DNA of 64,000 nt from Pseudomonadota bacterium. GTDB lineage: Bacteria > Bdellovibrionota > Bdellovibrionia > Bdellovibrionales > Bdellovibrionaceae. Positions 29,364 to 39,433 of the stretch are shown here, in pieces (the stretch's first letter is position 1; each line of letters starts with the position of its first letter). A program made the translations under genes and the position numbers. Below the pieces are notes generated by a model, which was not told the origin of the DNA, made no database searches, and saw only the letters and a program-made list of their open reading frames with translations. The stretch covers positions 128,001 to 192,000 of the forward strand of contig JBEGVH010000010.1 in the NCBI GenBank assembly GCA_041178425.1, written 5' to 3'.

Positions 29364-30161
29364 ATGCTTTTAATGAGACTTTTTCGCGTTCTACACCTTG
29401 GTTCAATCGTAGCCCTCTTTTTATTGAAGGCTCTATTTATTCATTTATTTACAACTGACTCTCATCGTCGCCGCAAAAAATTTGCGATGAATGTTTCGCA
29501 GTCTTGTCAAAAAGCCCTGAAGTCACTCAATATTGACCTTGAGGTTACGAGCCCCCCCAATAATCACGGGCGCTATCTCATCGTTTGCAACCATCTCGGC
29601 TATTTGGATATCTTTGCTCTCGCGGCTTCTGTTCCGGCTCTTTTCGTCACATCTGTTGAAATGAAAGAGACCCCATTTTTAGGGCTTTTAACAGAAATGG
29701 CCGGCTGTATGTACGTTGAGCGTCGTAGTCGCATGAATATACACAATGAAATAAAAGAAATAGAAGAAGCCTTAAACGACGGATTCAATGTTATTCTTTT
29801 TCCGGAAGGCAAGTCTACGGATGGAGAAAAAGTTCTCCCTTTTAAAAAATCTCTCCTCATGGCCTGCGCAGGAAGCGACGCCAATATCATGCCCGCAGTC
29901 GTTAATTTTAAAATGATCAATGGCGAGCCCATGCAGCACAAATTTAGAGACTGGGTTTGTTGGTATGGCACCATGCCATTCATAACATCGATTTGGAATG
30001 CCTCGAAAATTTCACAAAGCCTTCTACGACTCGACTTTCTCGGAGAAGTTGTGGTTAACGGAGACTCCGATCACAGAGACGTTGCCCAACGGGCACAAAG
30101 CCAAGTGGAATCCAACTATATTGGGGTGCCCTACCCACCTGGAACAGGAAAGACTTACTAA
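29364..30161 (+). CDS. lysophospholipid acyltransferase (PlsC/OlsA-like)
   Basis: NHLGYLD, FPEGKST, LPFKKSL. Confidence 0.9.
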   Translation: MLLMRLFRVLHLGSIVALFLLKALFIHLFTTDSHRRRKKFAMNVSQSCQKALKSLNIDLEVTSPPNNHGRYLIVCNHLGYLDIFALAASVPALFVTSVEMKETPFLGLLTEMAGCMYVERRSRMNIHNEIKEIEEALNDGFNVILFPEGKSTDGEKVLPFKKSLLMACAGSDANIMPAVVNFKMINGEPMQHKFRDWVCWYGTMPFITSIWNASKISQSLLRLDFLGEVVVNGDSDHRDVAQRAQSQVESNYIGVPYPPGTGKTY

Positions 30162-30182
30162 TTCTTACGATTTGCGACTCAT

Positions 30183-30548
30183 TCAATGAATGTACACATT
30201 CGATTTGGCCGATAGTATCTGAGCCAATCGATCTTTTTGACTGATTACCGAGTCTTGAATAGAGACTAGCTTTTTAAATAGTTTATTCTTTGCCTCCAAA
30301 ATGGCTTCGTAAATATTCTCTGAGGTTCCCTCTTCTTCTAGACTCACTCCGTTTTCCTTAATAGAAATTGAAATAGTATGTTTTGAGGGGTCATTGACAT
30401 ACCCAAAATCATCTTGGTTTTTTGAAATCACCGATATGAGGCTCGATTCTGTTAAAAAGGGTTCAAAATCCGCTATCTGCTGATAGATAAAAGACTTTAC
30501 TTCAGGGGATTCCTCGATTGGAACCGCATTGCTTTTTTTTCTATCCAT
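30183..30548 (-). CDS. hypothetical protein, possible HPF/RaiA (S30AE)-like fold
   Basis: S.EVKSFIYQQI...EGTSENIYEAILEAKNKLFKKL resembles the HPF 'DMYAAID.A..KL.RQL' helix; GGAGG RBS. Confidence 0.5.
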   Translation of the reverse strand: MDRKKSNAVPIEESPEVKSFIYQQIADFEPFLTESSLISVISKNQDDFGYVNDPSKHTISISIKENGVSLEEEGTSENIYEAILEAKNKLFKKLVSIQDSVISQKDRLAQILSAKSNVYIH

Positions 30549-30791
30549 TCTGAACCTCCTTTTTACAGCACGGGCAAATCAGGATGACCGCCTTCTTTTT
30601 CTAGTATAACTCTGGTGGCTCATCGATTGCTGTCAAGTTTGCCCAAACGAATATAATCCTGCTGATGACCATTTTTCTTAGGCTCGTTTTAAATTGATAC
30701 AAGGACCCATTCCCGAGGTCGACGCAAAATGGGTCGCACTATGGGCAACCAAGACTTGCTGATTGCCTCTGCATCAGCTAAGAAGTGATAC

Positions 30792-32141
30792 ATGACACCC
30801 TCACAAATCCGAACCCTTCAGAGTTATAAGAAACTTTTACTTTTCCTCGATGTCATTGGCTTAACCTTTATTTTTTCTTTAGCTTTTACAGTACGGATGC
30901 AATTGGATTTCGAAGCCGCAGTAAGGCAACCCTTATTGATAGTTATTTTAATTGTCGACGTTGCGAGCCTCTATGTCCTTGGCGCCTACGACATAAATAC
31001 AGAGCATAGTTTTTTTGAATTAAGTATCCGAGTTCTACTTGCAGGAATTTTTGGATTCGGGTTCCTTGTTGGATTTATTTATCTCTCCAGACTAGAAATT
31101 GCAGGACTTTTCGGACGAGGAGTATTTTTAACATCTTTCATTGCCAACTTATTTTATGCTGCATTCTTGAGAGTTCTATTTAGCACTCGTCTTCGATATT
31201 TAAAAACATCTCGATGGCGATGGTTGGCTTTTGGGGACTTACCAATTCTAGAGCGCCTCACTCAGGATGCCAGAAAAAATACGGCACTTGGACAATTGGA
31301 AACTCTTATTGTTGAAGAATCGGATGATTTTAAAGTTATGCAAAGCCGACTCGTTCAGCCATGGGAAGGTATTATAATAGCGACCAACCTCTCGCTACCA
31401 GAAGAGATTTCCAATACGCTCCTCCACAAGAGACTCAATGGCCTACAAGTCGCCAATCTAACGCAAATCTATGAACACTTCTGGGGTAAGCTTCCTGTGC
31501 ACTTCATTGAAAATAAGTGGCTTCTAACTACCGAGGGATTCAGCATTACCCACAATCCCATTGGACTTAGAATTAAACGATTAATGGATATTGGGTTATC
31601 AATTCTTTTACTGCTTATTACCTGGCCTATACTCGTCCTAACAATGGTGGCCATCAAACTAGAGAGCAGGGGACCTATTTTTTTTAGACAAACGCGAACG
31701 GGAAAAGATGGTAAGGACTTTTCAATTGTTAAGTTTCGGTCAATGACTACTGATGCTGAAAAAAATGGAGCACAATGGGCCCAAAAAAATGATACGCGCG
31801 TCACTCGTGTTGGCAAGTGGATCCGACTGACTCGGATTGATGAACTCCCCCAAATTATCAACGTCCTTAAGGGGGAAATGAGTTTCATTGGTCCGCGGCC
31901 CGAACGCCCAGAATTCAATGAAACATTGGAGCAGAAGATTCCCTATTACCAATTAAGACATTTACTGCGTCCAGGGATCACCGGTTGGGCCCAGGTTATG
32001 TACCCCTACGGGGCATCAATCGAGGACGCTACCGAAAAACTACAGTATGAGCTCTATTACATAAAAAACTACACCCTCGGCCTTGATTTATTAATTGTTC
32101 TGAAAACCATTAAAATAGTCCTTTTTGGTAAGGGCCGATAA
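30792..32141 (+). CDS. polyprenyl glycosylphosphotransferase (priming sugar transferase, WcaJ/PEP-CTERM-associated type)
   Basis: 4 N-terminal TMs; IKRLMDI, KFRSM, RIDELPQ, GPRPERP, PGITGWAQV. Confidence 0.93.
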   Translation: MTPSQIRTLQSYKKLLLFLDVIGLTFIFSLAFTVRMQLDFEAAVRQPLLIVILIVDVASLYVLGAYDINTEHSFFELSIRVLLAGIFGFGFLVGFIYLSRLEIAGLFGRGVFLTSFIANLFYAAFLRVLFSTRLRYLKTSRWRWLAFGDLPILERLTQDARKNTALGQLETLIVEESDDFKVMQSRLVQPWEGIIIATNLSLPEEISNTLLHKRLNGLQVANLTQIYEHFWGKLPVHFIENKWLLTTEGFSITHNPIGLRIKRLMDIGLSILLLLITWPILVLTMVAIKLESRGPIFFRQTRTGKDGKDFSIVKFRSMTTDAEKNGAQWAQKNDTRVTRVGKWIRLTRIDELPQIINVLKGEMSFIGPRPERPEFNETLEQKIPYYQLRHLLRPGITGWAQVMYPYGASIEDATEKLQYELYYIKNYTLGLDLLIVLKTIKIVLFGKGR

Positions 32142-32292
32142 AAATTCAGCCCAATAATTCGCCAGTTTCATCGAGGGCCTATGAAGAGATTTCTGTAGAA
32201 TCAAAAAAACTTGCCAATACCATCACTTCTCATCATTGATAGCCTCTCATTATTCTTGGGGGTCATCTCGTTGAAGGGATGAATGTTACGTA

Positions 32293-33585
32293 ATGCAGAT
32301 GTGCAAACCACTTGCTACTCTATTTTTATGCTTATTGTTGGGGTGGAATACCTTGGCGTCGGATCACGACTACAAGTTTTTACTTGATTGGTCGAAAGAG
32401 GGCGATTTTGACTTTTGCTCAGACAATCGATCGTTCGAGTACCGAAATGCCTATTGGCTTGGGGCTATGTCGTATTATGCCTATCTCAATCACTCCTACG
32501 TAGAACAAATCTTCAAAACTCCAAAGAAGAAAAGATTTAGCTTACAAACTAAAAACTCGCGAGGTCGACCCAATGGCACAATCAGAACAACCGGCCTTGG
32601 TTGGCCAGGCACTCTCGACTATTTTTCTAATGCCTCTCCAATACCGCTAAAAAAGTCTGATATATATCGCCTCTCCCAGGATTTTGTTCCAGATGTGCAA
32701 GCAATCTGGGCTGAGAAATCTGATTTAGTGATTGTTGCCTTTCGCGGCACCGAACAAGATAACCCAATAGACTGGGCTACCGATTTTGCAGCATCTTTTC
32801 AATTGAACCATGAGTATATGCCTTTTTGGCGGCGCAACGTGCACAAGGGCTTCGAACAGTCACTCGCCGTCATTGCCCCTTGGTTAGAAACTAAATTAAA
32901 TCGACTTTTCGAACGCTATCCTGATGCACACAAAATTCCCATTTTTTTAACAGGACATAGCATGGGGGGTGCCCTAGCAACCCTTACGATGACGACCTGG
33001 CTCGAACGAAATCAACTGGTTCCACCCCTTCGACGACTTAACTTAAAAGCCGTTTATACTTTTGGAACACCGAGAATCGGCAACTTGGCCTTTGCTACCC
33101 ATTTTGCTCATTTGATTACTCGCGAACCAGTGGGCCTGTATCGCCTGGTAAACAAAAGAGATTTTGTAACCAAAGCACCTTGCATTGACTACAACCACTT
33201 TGGCACCCATGTGCAATTACTTTCAGGCGTTCAAGGAAACTTTCCAGCGGCCAATCCCAACGTTCTAGTCAATCCACTCTCTGAAGAATTTCATCATTGC
33301 GCTTATGGAACTCGACTTTTTGAAAACATAAATCGCTTTCAGGAATATAAGTTAGATCATTTAATTGATAACTATTACAGCGTTTTGGTATCGATTCGAA
33401 ATGACCTAAACACAGCTCTGCGTGCTCAAGCCTCTGAGTTCGACCAAAAAAATGGCTATTCTAGTGACAACCCATTTAACCCTCACAAATTTCCATATTC
33501 CTGCAAGGGCAAGATCACTCATATCGGCGCCCCCGCTTATCTCCAATACAATAACAAGAGCCTCGCTTTTGAAATTGAAAATTAA
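32293..33585 (+). CDS. secreted class 3 lipase
   Basis: Signal peptide; VAFRGTE, VHKGF, LTGHSMGGALA, YTFGTPRIGN, RLVNKRDFV. Confidence 0.9.
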   Translation: MQMCKPLATLFLCLLLGWNTLASDHDYKFLLDWSKEGDFDFCSDNRSFEYRNAYWLGAMSYYAYLNHSYVEQIFKTPKKKRFSLQTKNSRGRPNGTIRTTGLGWPGTLDYFSNASPIPLKKSDIYRLSQDFVPDVQAIWAEKSDLVIVAFRGTEQDNPIDWATDFAASFQLNHEYMPFWRRNVHKGFEQSLAVIAPWLETKLNRLFERYPDAHKIPIFLTGHSMGGALATLTMTTWLERNQLVPPLRRLNLKAVYTFGTPRIGNLAFATHFAHLITREPVGLYRLVNKRDFVTKAPCIDYNHFGTHVQLLSGVQGNFPAANPNVLVNPLSEEFHHCAYGTRLFENINRFQEYKLDHLIDNYYSVLVSIRNDLNTALRAQASEFDQKNGYSSDNPFNPHKFPYSCKGKITHIGAPAYLQYNNKSLAFEIEN

Positions 33586-33674
33586 TTTTAAAGGGTTTCT
33601 TTCTCTTTGCATAAGCTCGCTTACTATGAATCAATAGAGCTGACGTTCGTTAAACACCTGCAAAGGAGAAACCT

Positions 33675-34196
33675 ATGACAAAACTTTTAAACTTCATCGC
33701 AATTTCTTGCCTCTTGTTCACAGACTTAGGCTGGGCCCTTGATATTGGCTCCGTGGCGCCAAACGTCAGCGGAGTGAACCACCTTAACAAAACAATTCAT
33801 TTTAAAGACAACTACAACGACGGTTATTTGTTAGTGTTCTTTTATCCGAGAGCCAATACGCCCGGTTGTACTGCGCAAAACAAAAGTTTAAGAGACGGGT
33901 TTAAAACTTTGTATGCAAAAGGAGTTAAGGTTGTTGGGATTAGTACAGACTCTGTTGAAAAACAAAAAGACTTTCACGACAGCCTTAATTTGCCCTTTGA
34001 TTTGATCTCTGATCAAAAAGAAGAAATTGCAAAGGCTTTTGGGGTTCCAGTAAGATTTGGATTTTCAGGAAGACAGGCTTTTCTCATTCACAAGTCTAAA
34101 GTTATTTGGCTCGATAAAGATGCTGCGACTTCTGAACAAGCAAATGATGTGCTGTTGGCTATTGAATCTTGGGAGAAAAACAATTTAAAGAAATAA
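33675..34196 (+). CDS. peroxiredoxin (BCP/PrxQ) with signal peptide
   Basis: FFYPRANTPGCT, VVGISTD, LPFDLISD; N-terminal signal ending GWA. Confidence 0.88.
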   Translation: MTKLLNFIAISCLLFTDLGWALDIGSVAPNVSGVNHLNKTIHFKDNYNDGYLLVFFYPRANTPGCTAQNKSLRDGFKTLYAKGVKVVGISTDSVEKQKDFHDSLNLPFDLISDQKEEIAKAFGVPVRFGFSGRQAFLIHKSKVIWLDKDAATSEQANDVLLAIESWEKNNLKK

Positions 34197-34222
34197 TATC
34201 ACAAGAATCTCTGGCTCGATTT

Positions 34223-35794
34223 CTATTCAAAATCGGGCCAGGTATTCTCTGGCAATTTAAACCATTCTATCACTTCAATAGTAGAATGCACTTCGTAGGC
34301 TCTGTATCTCTGGTTCCATAAAACACTCTTCCAGCCAGCTTTCTCAGAAATAAAATTTTTATCTTTTTTGCCGGGGGGAACGATAATCATTCGTTTCTTT
34401 AAGAGCGAACTGTCTCGACCAACCAAATAAGCTAGCGATTCCAGGTTTAATTGAATAAATTTTGAGTCTTTGTTGTCCAATGAAAAAAACTGCAGCCCTC
34501 TATGTAAAAGACTTGCGACTAACAATGGAGCCGCTTTTTCTTCACACTCTTGCACCACAATTACCTTCTCAGCTTTTCTTCTGATCTCAAGGAGGTCAGC
34601 AACCTTGGGCCATTCGCAGGTAATCCAAACCAAGTTTTGCGCTTTCAATTCAGGAAATGCTTCGGGCCTCGTAGGTGTCAGCCATGGAAAAGCTCGCAAA
34701 CCCTCATAATTCTCGGCAACAATTCGATAATTAACCTCTTCCACTGCAATTTTCTGAAGTGACAAAAGTTCATCTGTCGTCCAAGACCGATCTTTTTTCA
34801 TTAAAAGATCAACGCGTCCCAAGGAATCTTTGTGAGCATCTAAATCGCTCAATACCTTCGAGGCAAAATTCCAACCCCAATCATTAAAGCCTAGACGCTC
34901 AAAAGAAGCTCGCCAATGAATAATCTCCTGGCGAGAAAAGGCGTCTAGTTCTTCTAAGGTCATTTCATCAATACTTACTTCAGCCGCCGCAGAGAGAACT
35001 TCAATAAAACTATTTAGTTTTTTGAAAAACTGCATTTGTTCTTTCACTGAAAGGACTTGAAAGGACTGCCAAAGCTTTTGAGCAAACCAAAAATGGAGAG
35101 TAAAAGGCGCTAAGGACTCTGCGCGTTTTTCAAAAGAGGGGCTTATGCACAAATTAGTAAAGGATTCGTCTTTCACCGGCGATTGGCAATACCCTGACCA
35201 TGAGGTAGCCAACTGTGGCCATTGCCCCAAAACCATTTGCCATTGCCGGTAGTTGCGATCGTGGATGCCCAGATTAGCCATTAAAAATTGTGTTAAAACT
35301 TCTAATCTAAGAATACCCAGACCATGCCCTTTTTGATACTGCTGAATCCAAGATTTTAAATAGGCTTTTTCTAACGTGAGTTCCTCGCGTCCGAAAAATG
35401 CACCCTCACCGATGGTGATTTGATCAGAAGAAACCTGAACTAACTGTTGAACTCCTTCTTGGATCACAATCTTTGTTGGGATGAGAGGAAGAAAACCCGA
35501 TTTTAAATGACCCTCGAGCAAAGCAATTCGCTTTTGAATGTCGTCCATCCGTTCGATAAACACTTTACTGATGGGCACCTTTCTATGAGCCTCGCAGTTA
35601 TATACTGTTTTAGACGAACTATCGGTACTTATCCAATCTATTTGCTCAACTAAATTACTTTCAAAGCAAATAGGTTTACGATTCAGGTAAACTAGCAACA
35701 GGAGATCCACAACCAAAAGAACCACCAAAAAACCGATCATTCGCTTTCCTGTTGGCTCGAAATTTTTTCGCGGCAATCGTATCATAGAAAACAA
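34223..35794 (-). CDS. membrane-anchored hypothetical protein
   Basis: 523-aa ORF with a single N-terminal TM helix and several Cys; overlaps the end of HMG-CoA lyase. Confidence 0.75.
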   Translation of the reverse strand: MFSMIRLPRKNFEPTGKRMIGFLVVLLVVDLLLLVYLNRKPICFESNLVEQIDWISTDSSSKTVYNCEAHRKVPISKVFIERMDDIQKRIALLEGHLKSGFLPLIPTKIVIQEGVQQLVQVSSDQITIGEGAFFGREELTLEKAYLKSWIQQYQKGHGLGILRLEVLTQFLMANLGIHDRNYRQWQMVLGQWPQLATSWSGYCQSPVKDESFTNLCISPSFEKRAESLAPFTLHFWFAQKLWQSFQVLSVKEQMQFFKKLNSFIEVLSAAAEVSIDEMTLEELDAFSRQEIIHWRASFERLGFNDWGWNFASKVLSDLDAHKDSLGRVDLLMKKDRSWTTDELLSLQKIAVEEVNYRIVAENYEGLRAFPWLTPTRPEAFPELKAQNLVWITCEWPKVADLLEIRRKAEKVIVVQECEEKAAPLLVASLLHRGLQFFSLDNKDSKFIQLNLESLAYLVGRDSSLLKKRMIIVPPGKKDKNFISEKAGWKSVLWNQRYRAYEVHSTIEVIEWFKLPENTWPDFE

Positions 35795-36759
35795 GCCTTA
35801 GATTTTGTTTTTTGATGATCATCAACGAGACCAATTCGAGATGGAAGTTTTTTATTCATCTTCTGGGCAAGCCAATGATTCGACTTAACTAAGAGTGAGA
35901 GATCAATGCCTGAATCTACATTCATGCTATCGAAGAGATAAATCAAATCTTCTGTGGCTACGTTACCCGTGGCACCTGGAGCATAAGGACAGCCCCCTAA
36001 CCCACCAATGCTGGCATCAAAAACTCTTATACCCATTTGGTAGGCCATCAAAACATTGGCCACTGCTTGCCCACGAGTATCGTGAAAATGTCCTGCCAAA
36101 ACATGAGGAGAAACGCTCTTAAATAAATGTCCTAGCAGAGTCTCAATATCACCTGCACTCGCTATCCCAATTGTATCGCCCAATGAAACTTCATAGGCGC
36201 CCAAATCAAGAAGCCTTTTTACATTCTTACTAACCAAGTCCAAATTAACAGGGCCTTCGAAAGGACACCCAAAAGTTGTACTTAGGTAACCTCGAATCTT
36301 AATTCCGTGATCCGTGGCAACCTTTGCCACTCTCGTCAATCGCTCGAAACTTTCTGCGATAGAGCAGTTAGTATTTTTTTGAGAAAATGTTTCGGAGCAG
36401 GCCGCGAAAACAGCAATCTCTTTAATTCCAAGCCGAACAACGGCGTCCATTCCTTTTTCATTGGGAACTAACGCCGATAGCGACACATTTGCCGGAATAA
36501 TACTCGTCTTTTGGTCGGCGATGGCTCTTTTGAAAAGTTCTTCCGAGGGCGCCATTGCAGGAACCCACTTAGGGCTTACAAACGACCCAACTTCTAGACT
36601 CGTTAAACCCGCATCAATCAGTTGCCTGAGAAGCTGATAGCGCACATCCGCATCAACAACGACGCTTTCGTTCTGCAGCCCATCTCGAAGCCCTACTTCT
36701 ACGATCTTTACCGTTTTGGCCTTTGTGTTCATATTTCTTAATCCCGCATCGTTGGTCAA
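35782..36759 (-). CDS. liuE: hydroxymethylglutaryl-CoA lyase
   Basis: EVGLRDGLQNE, SFVSPKWVP, SLGDTIG, HFHDTRGQA, GLGGCPYAPGATGNVATED (start may be the ATG of MNTKAK). Confidence 0.95.
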   Translation of the reverse strand: MTNDAGLRNMNTKAKTVKIVEVGLRDGLQNESVVVDADVRYQLLRQLIDAGLTSLEVGSFVSPKWVPAMAPSEELFKRAIADQKTSIIPANVSLSALVPNEKGMDAVVRLGIKEIAVFAACSETFSQKNTNCSIAESFERLTRVAKVATDHGIKIRGYLSTTFGCPFEGPVNLDLVSKNVKRLLDLGAYEVSLGDTIGIASAGDIETLLGHLFKSVSPHVLAGHFHDTRGQAVANVLMAYQMGIRVFDASIGGLGGCPYAPGATGNVATEDLIYLFDSMNVDSGIDLSLLVKSNHWLAQKMNKKLPSRIGLVDDHQKTKSKACFL

Positions 36760-36765
36760 AAGTTC

Positions 36766-37152
36766 CTATTCACTCAACTCTTTTAGTTTCACCAAAATCT
36801 GGCCCAATTGAACTTGATCGCCAACTTTGACTTGAACCTTTTCAACAGTCGTATCGAGTTCGCACTTCAATGTATATTCCATTTTCATGGCTTCCATTAC
36901 GACGATAGCGTGCCCAACCGAGACTGCCTGATTCGGTTCAACGTAGATTTTGGTTACTTTTCCTGGCATTGGCGCGTGTATCAAATGCTTGGAAGACTTT
37001 CCTTCCACCGCTCTTCGTTGTCGCCCACCTTTGCTGCTGGCTTCTGTCGTGATCGTTTGACCACATCGGTGAACCCAAAGCTTCCCCTGAATTATTTGAG
37101 CGAAACCTTCAACTTTTTTTCCATTGATCTCGATCATTAGTTTCTGACTCAT
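36766..37152 (-). CDS. biotin carboxyl carrier subunit of methylcrotonyl-CoA carboxylase (separate gene)
   Basis: APMPGKV, MEAMKME; start at MSQKL overlapping the BC stop (ATGA). Confidence 0.9.
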   Translation of the reverse strand: MSQKLMIEINGKKVEGFAQIIQGKLWVHRCGQTITTEASSKGGRQRRAVEGKSSKHLIHAPMPGKVTKIYVEPNQAVSVGHAIVVMEAMKMEYTLKCELDTTVEKVQVKVGDQVQLGQILVKLKELSE

Positions 37153-38651
37153 ATATTCCTCCAAAATCCCGTCCACGGATTTGAAACAACCAAGCCTTGA
37201 TCGCCACCACTAGCAGACAAACGTTTCAGGGCCTGATCGATAAATTCTTTGGTCTCTGCCGAAATTTCTGGTTCAGGTAATGACTGCGAAAAATGTTTAT
37301 CAAAAAATCGAGTCGTCATAGAACCATCGACAAATTCTGGATGAGATATAATTTTTTCAAGGAGAGGAATATTCGTATGCACACCAAAAACCACGGATTC
37401 CTCAAGAACCTTTAACATTTTTTTGATGGCCAGCTCTCGAGATTCATCCCAAACAATTAACTTCGCAATCATCGGATCATAAAAGGGAGTAATTTCATCA
37501 CCCTCATCAAAACCATATTCAAAGCGTCTTCCAAAAGCTTCTGGCCATTGAATCATTCCCAGAGGGCCCGTCGAAGGAACACCACCCATAAATGGATTTT
37601 CAGCGTACAAGCGGCATTCGATACTGTGACCACGAGGTTTTAGTTCATTACCACGACTCCAAACCATTTGATCTTGAGCCGTTAGAAGCTGCGCCTTCAC
37701 CAAATCGATACCAAGAATCATTTCCGTAACAGGGTGTTCGACTTGCAAGCGAGTATTCATCTCCATAAAAAAGAACTGATTGTCTTGAAGCAAGAATTCT
37801 ACAGTTCCAGCCCCTCGATAACCAACATGACTCACCAGCGAAACGGACGCTGCCCCCATCTGTTGCCTTAGCTCTTGAGTCAAAGAAGGAGACGGAGCCT
37901 CTTCAATGATTTTTTGATGACGACGCTGCACAGAGCACTCACGCTCAAAAAGGTGCTGAACTCGCCCTCCGCAATCGGCAAAAATCTGAAATTCAATATG
38001 CTTTGCTCGATTAAGATATTTTTCGAGAAATACCTTCGAAGAACCGAAGGCCGCCAAAGCCTCTCTTTGTGCTGACTCGATGAGATCTTTTGCTTCCGCT
38101 AATTGATGAATCACCTTCATACCGCGTCCGCCACCTCCGGCGGCCGCTTTCACAATCACTGGCACCCCGATTTTTGCTGCTTCGCCAACGAGATGATCAA
38201 CAGTTTGATTATCTCCTTCATAACCAGGTACAAGGGGGATTCCGAGCTTCTTAGCGATCGTCTTGCTTTGAACTTTGTCTCCCAACGTACGTATGGAGTG
38301 TGCCGTAGGCCCAACAAAAATTAAACCTGCCGCTTCGCAAGCCTCGGCAAAATCGGCGTTTTCAGATAGAAAACCAAAGCCGGGGTGTATGGCATCGGCG
38401 CCAACACTCAACGCCCCTTGAATATTGCGATTGATTGATAAATAACTCTCTGACGTGGGAGCGGGACCGATGCAAACAGTAACATCAGCCATTCGGTAGG
38501 CACGAGTTTTTATATCGGCTTCAGAATGCAAAAGAACAGTTTTTATTCCAAGTTCTTGACATGCTCGAATGATTCTAACGGCAACTTCTCCGCGATTTGC
38601 AATAGCTAAAGTTTTTATGACTTTGTTTTTCATTTTAGAGATACCTTCCAT
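37149..38651 (-). CDS. liuD: biotin carboxylase subunit (MCC alpha, BC domain only)
   Basis: IANRGEVA, IHPGFGFLSEN, GGGGRGM, ERECSVQRRHQK, EMNTRLQVEHPVTE, YDPMIAK; likely start MKNK at 38633. Confidence 0.92.
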   Translation of the reverse strand: MEGISKMKNKVIKTLAIANRGEVAVRIIRACQELGIKTVLLHSEADIKTRAYRMADVTVCIGPAPTSESYLSINRNIQGALSVGADAIHPGFGFLSENADFAEACEAAGLIFVGPTAHSIRTLGDKVQSKTIAKKLGIPLVPGYEGDNQTVDHLVGEAAKIGVPVIVKAAAGGGGRGMKVIHQLAEAKDLIESAQREALAAFGSSKVFLEKYLNRAKHIEFQIFADCGGRVQHLFERECSVQRRHQKIIEEAPSPSLTQELRQQMGAASVSLVSHVGYRGAGTVEFLLQDNQFFFMEMNTRLQVEHPVTEMILGIDLVKAQLLTAQDQMVWSRGNELKPRGHSIECRLYAENPFMGGVPSTGPLGMIQWPEAFGRRFEYGFDEGDEITPFYDPMIAKLIVWDESRELAIKKMLKVLEESVVFGVHTNIPLLEKIISHPEFVDGSMTTRFFDKHFSQSLPEPEISAETKEFIDQALKRLSASGGDQGLVVSNPWTGFWRNI

Positions 38652-39409
38652 TGGGGCTGACGTTTCTCAAGAAAAGACTTAAGCCCTTCTTGACCCTCAT
38701 CACTCACTCTTCGGGCCGCAATCAAACTTGTCGTCACTGACTTTTGTGTTTTGCCGTCTTGACGAGAGAGATCTTTTAAAAGTTTTTTTGTTTCCGCGAC
38801 GGCCACAGGGGCCGCATCAAGAAATGTCTGGATCCAGCTCTTCACAAATTCTTCCACCTCTTCGGTGCTACCAGCCTCATGAACGAGTCCCATGGCTTTG
38901 GCCTCTTTAACCCCAAACATCTTACCTGAAATCATCCACGGTGCTGATTGCCCAAGAGTGGATTTTTGCAAAATAAAGCTGCTGATCACGGCTGGAGCGA
39001 GGCCTAATCTGACTTCGCTAAAGCAAAATTGTGTCGCTGTTTCGGCAATAACTATATCGGAACAAGCCAATAACCCGAGAGCACCACCCATGGCAGCCCC
39101 TTGAGCGACTGCCAAAATCGGTTTTGGGCAATCTTGCATCGCCTTGAACATTTCGTACAAGAGCTCTGAATCAGCCTTGTTTTCTTCTAGGGTGAAATTC
39201 ACCATTGATTTCATCCACTCAAGATCGGCCCCTGAGCAAAAGACTTTTCCTTCACCCCGGAGGATGACCAAACGAATCGCCTCAGGAATAGCTTTAAAGG
39301 CCGCCGTTAGTTCTTTGATAAGCTCGGGATTGAAGGCGTTTCGCACTTCAGGCCGCTTTAGAGTGATTGTATATATTTGCTGAGAATCATTGATTTCAAG
39401 CCAATGCAT
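38630..39409 (-). CDS. liuC: methylglutaconyl-CoA hydratase (crotonase family)
   Basis: RPEVRNAF, FCSGADLEWM, AMGGALGL, SEVRLGL, EGQEGLKSFLEKR; operon context. Confidence 0.88.
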   Translation of the reverse strand: MHWLEINDSQQIYTITLKRPEVRNAFNPELIKELTAAFKAIPEAIRLVILRGEGKVFCSGADLEWMKSMVNFTLEENKADSELLYEMFKAMQDCPKPILAVAQGAAMGGALGLLACSDIVIAETATQFCFSEVRLGLAPAVISSFILQKSTLGQSAPWMISGKMFGVKEAKAMGLVHEAGSTEEVEEFVKSWIQTFLDAAPVAVAETKKLLKDLSRQDGKTQKSVTTSLIAARRVSDEGQEGLKSFLEKRQPQWKVSLK

Positions 39410-39433
39410 TACTTTATCCTTTAATTTTTTAGA

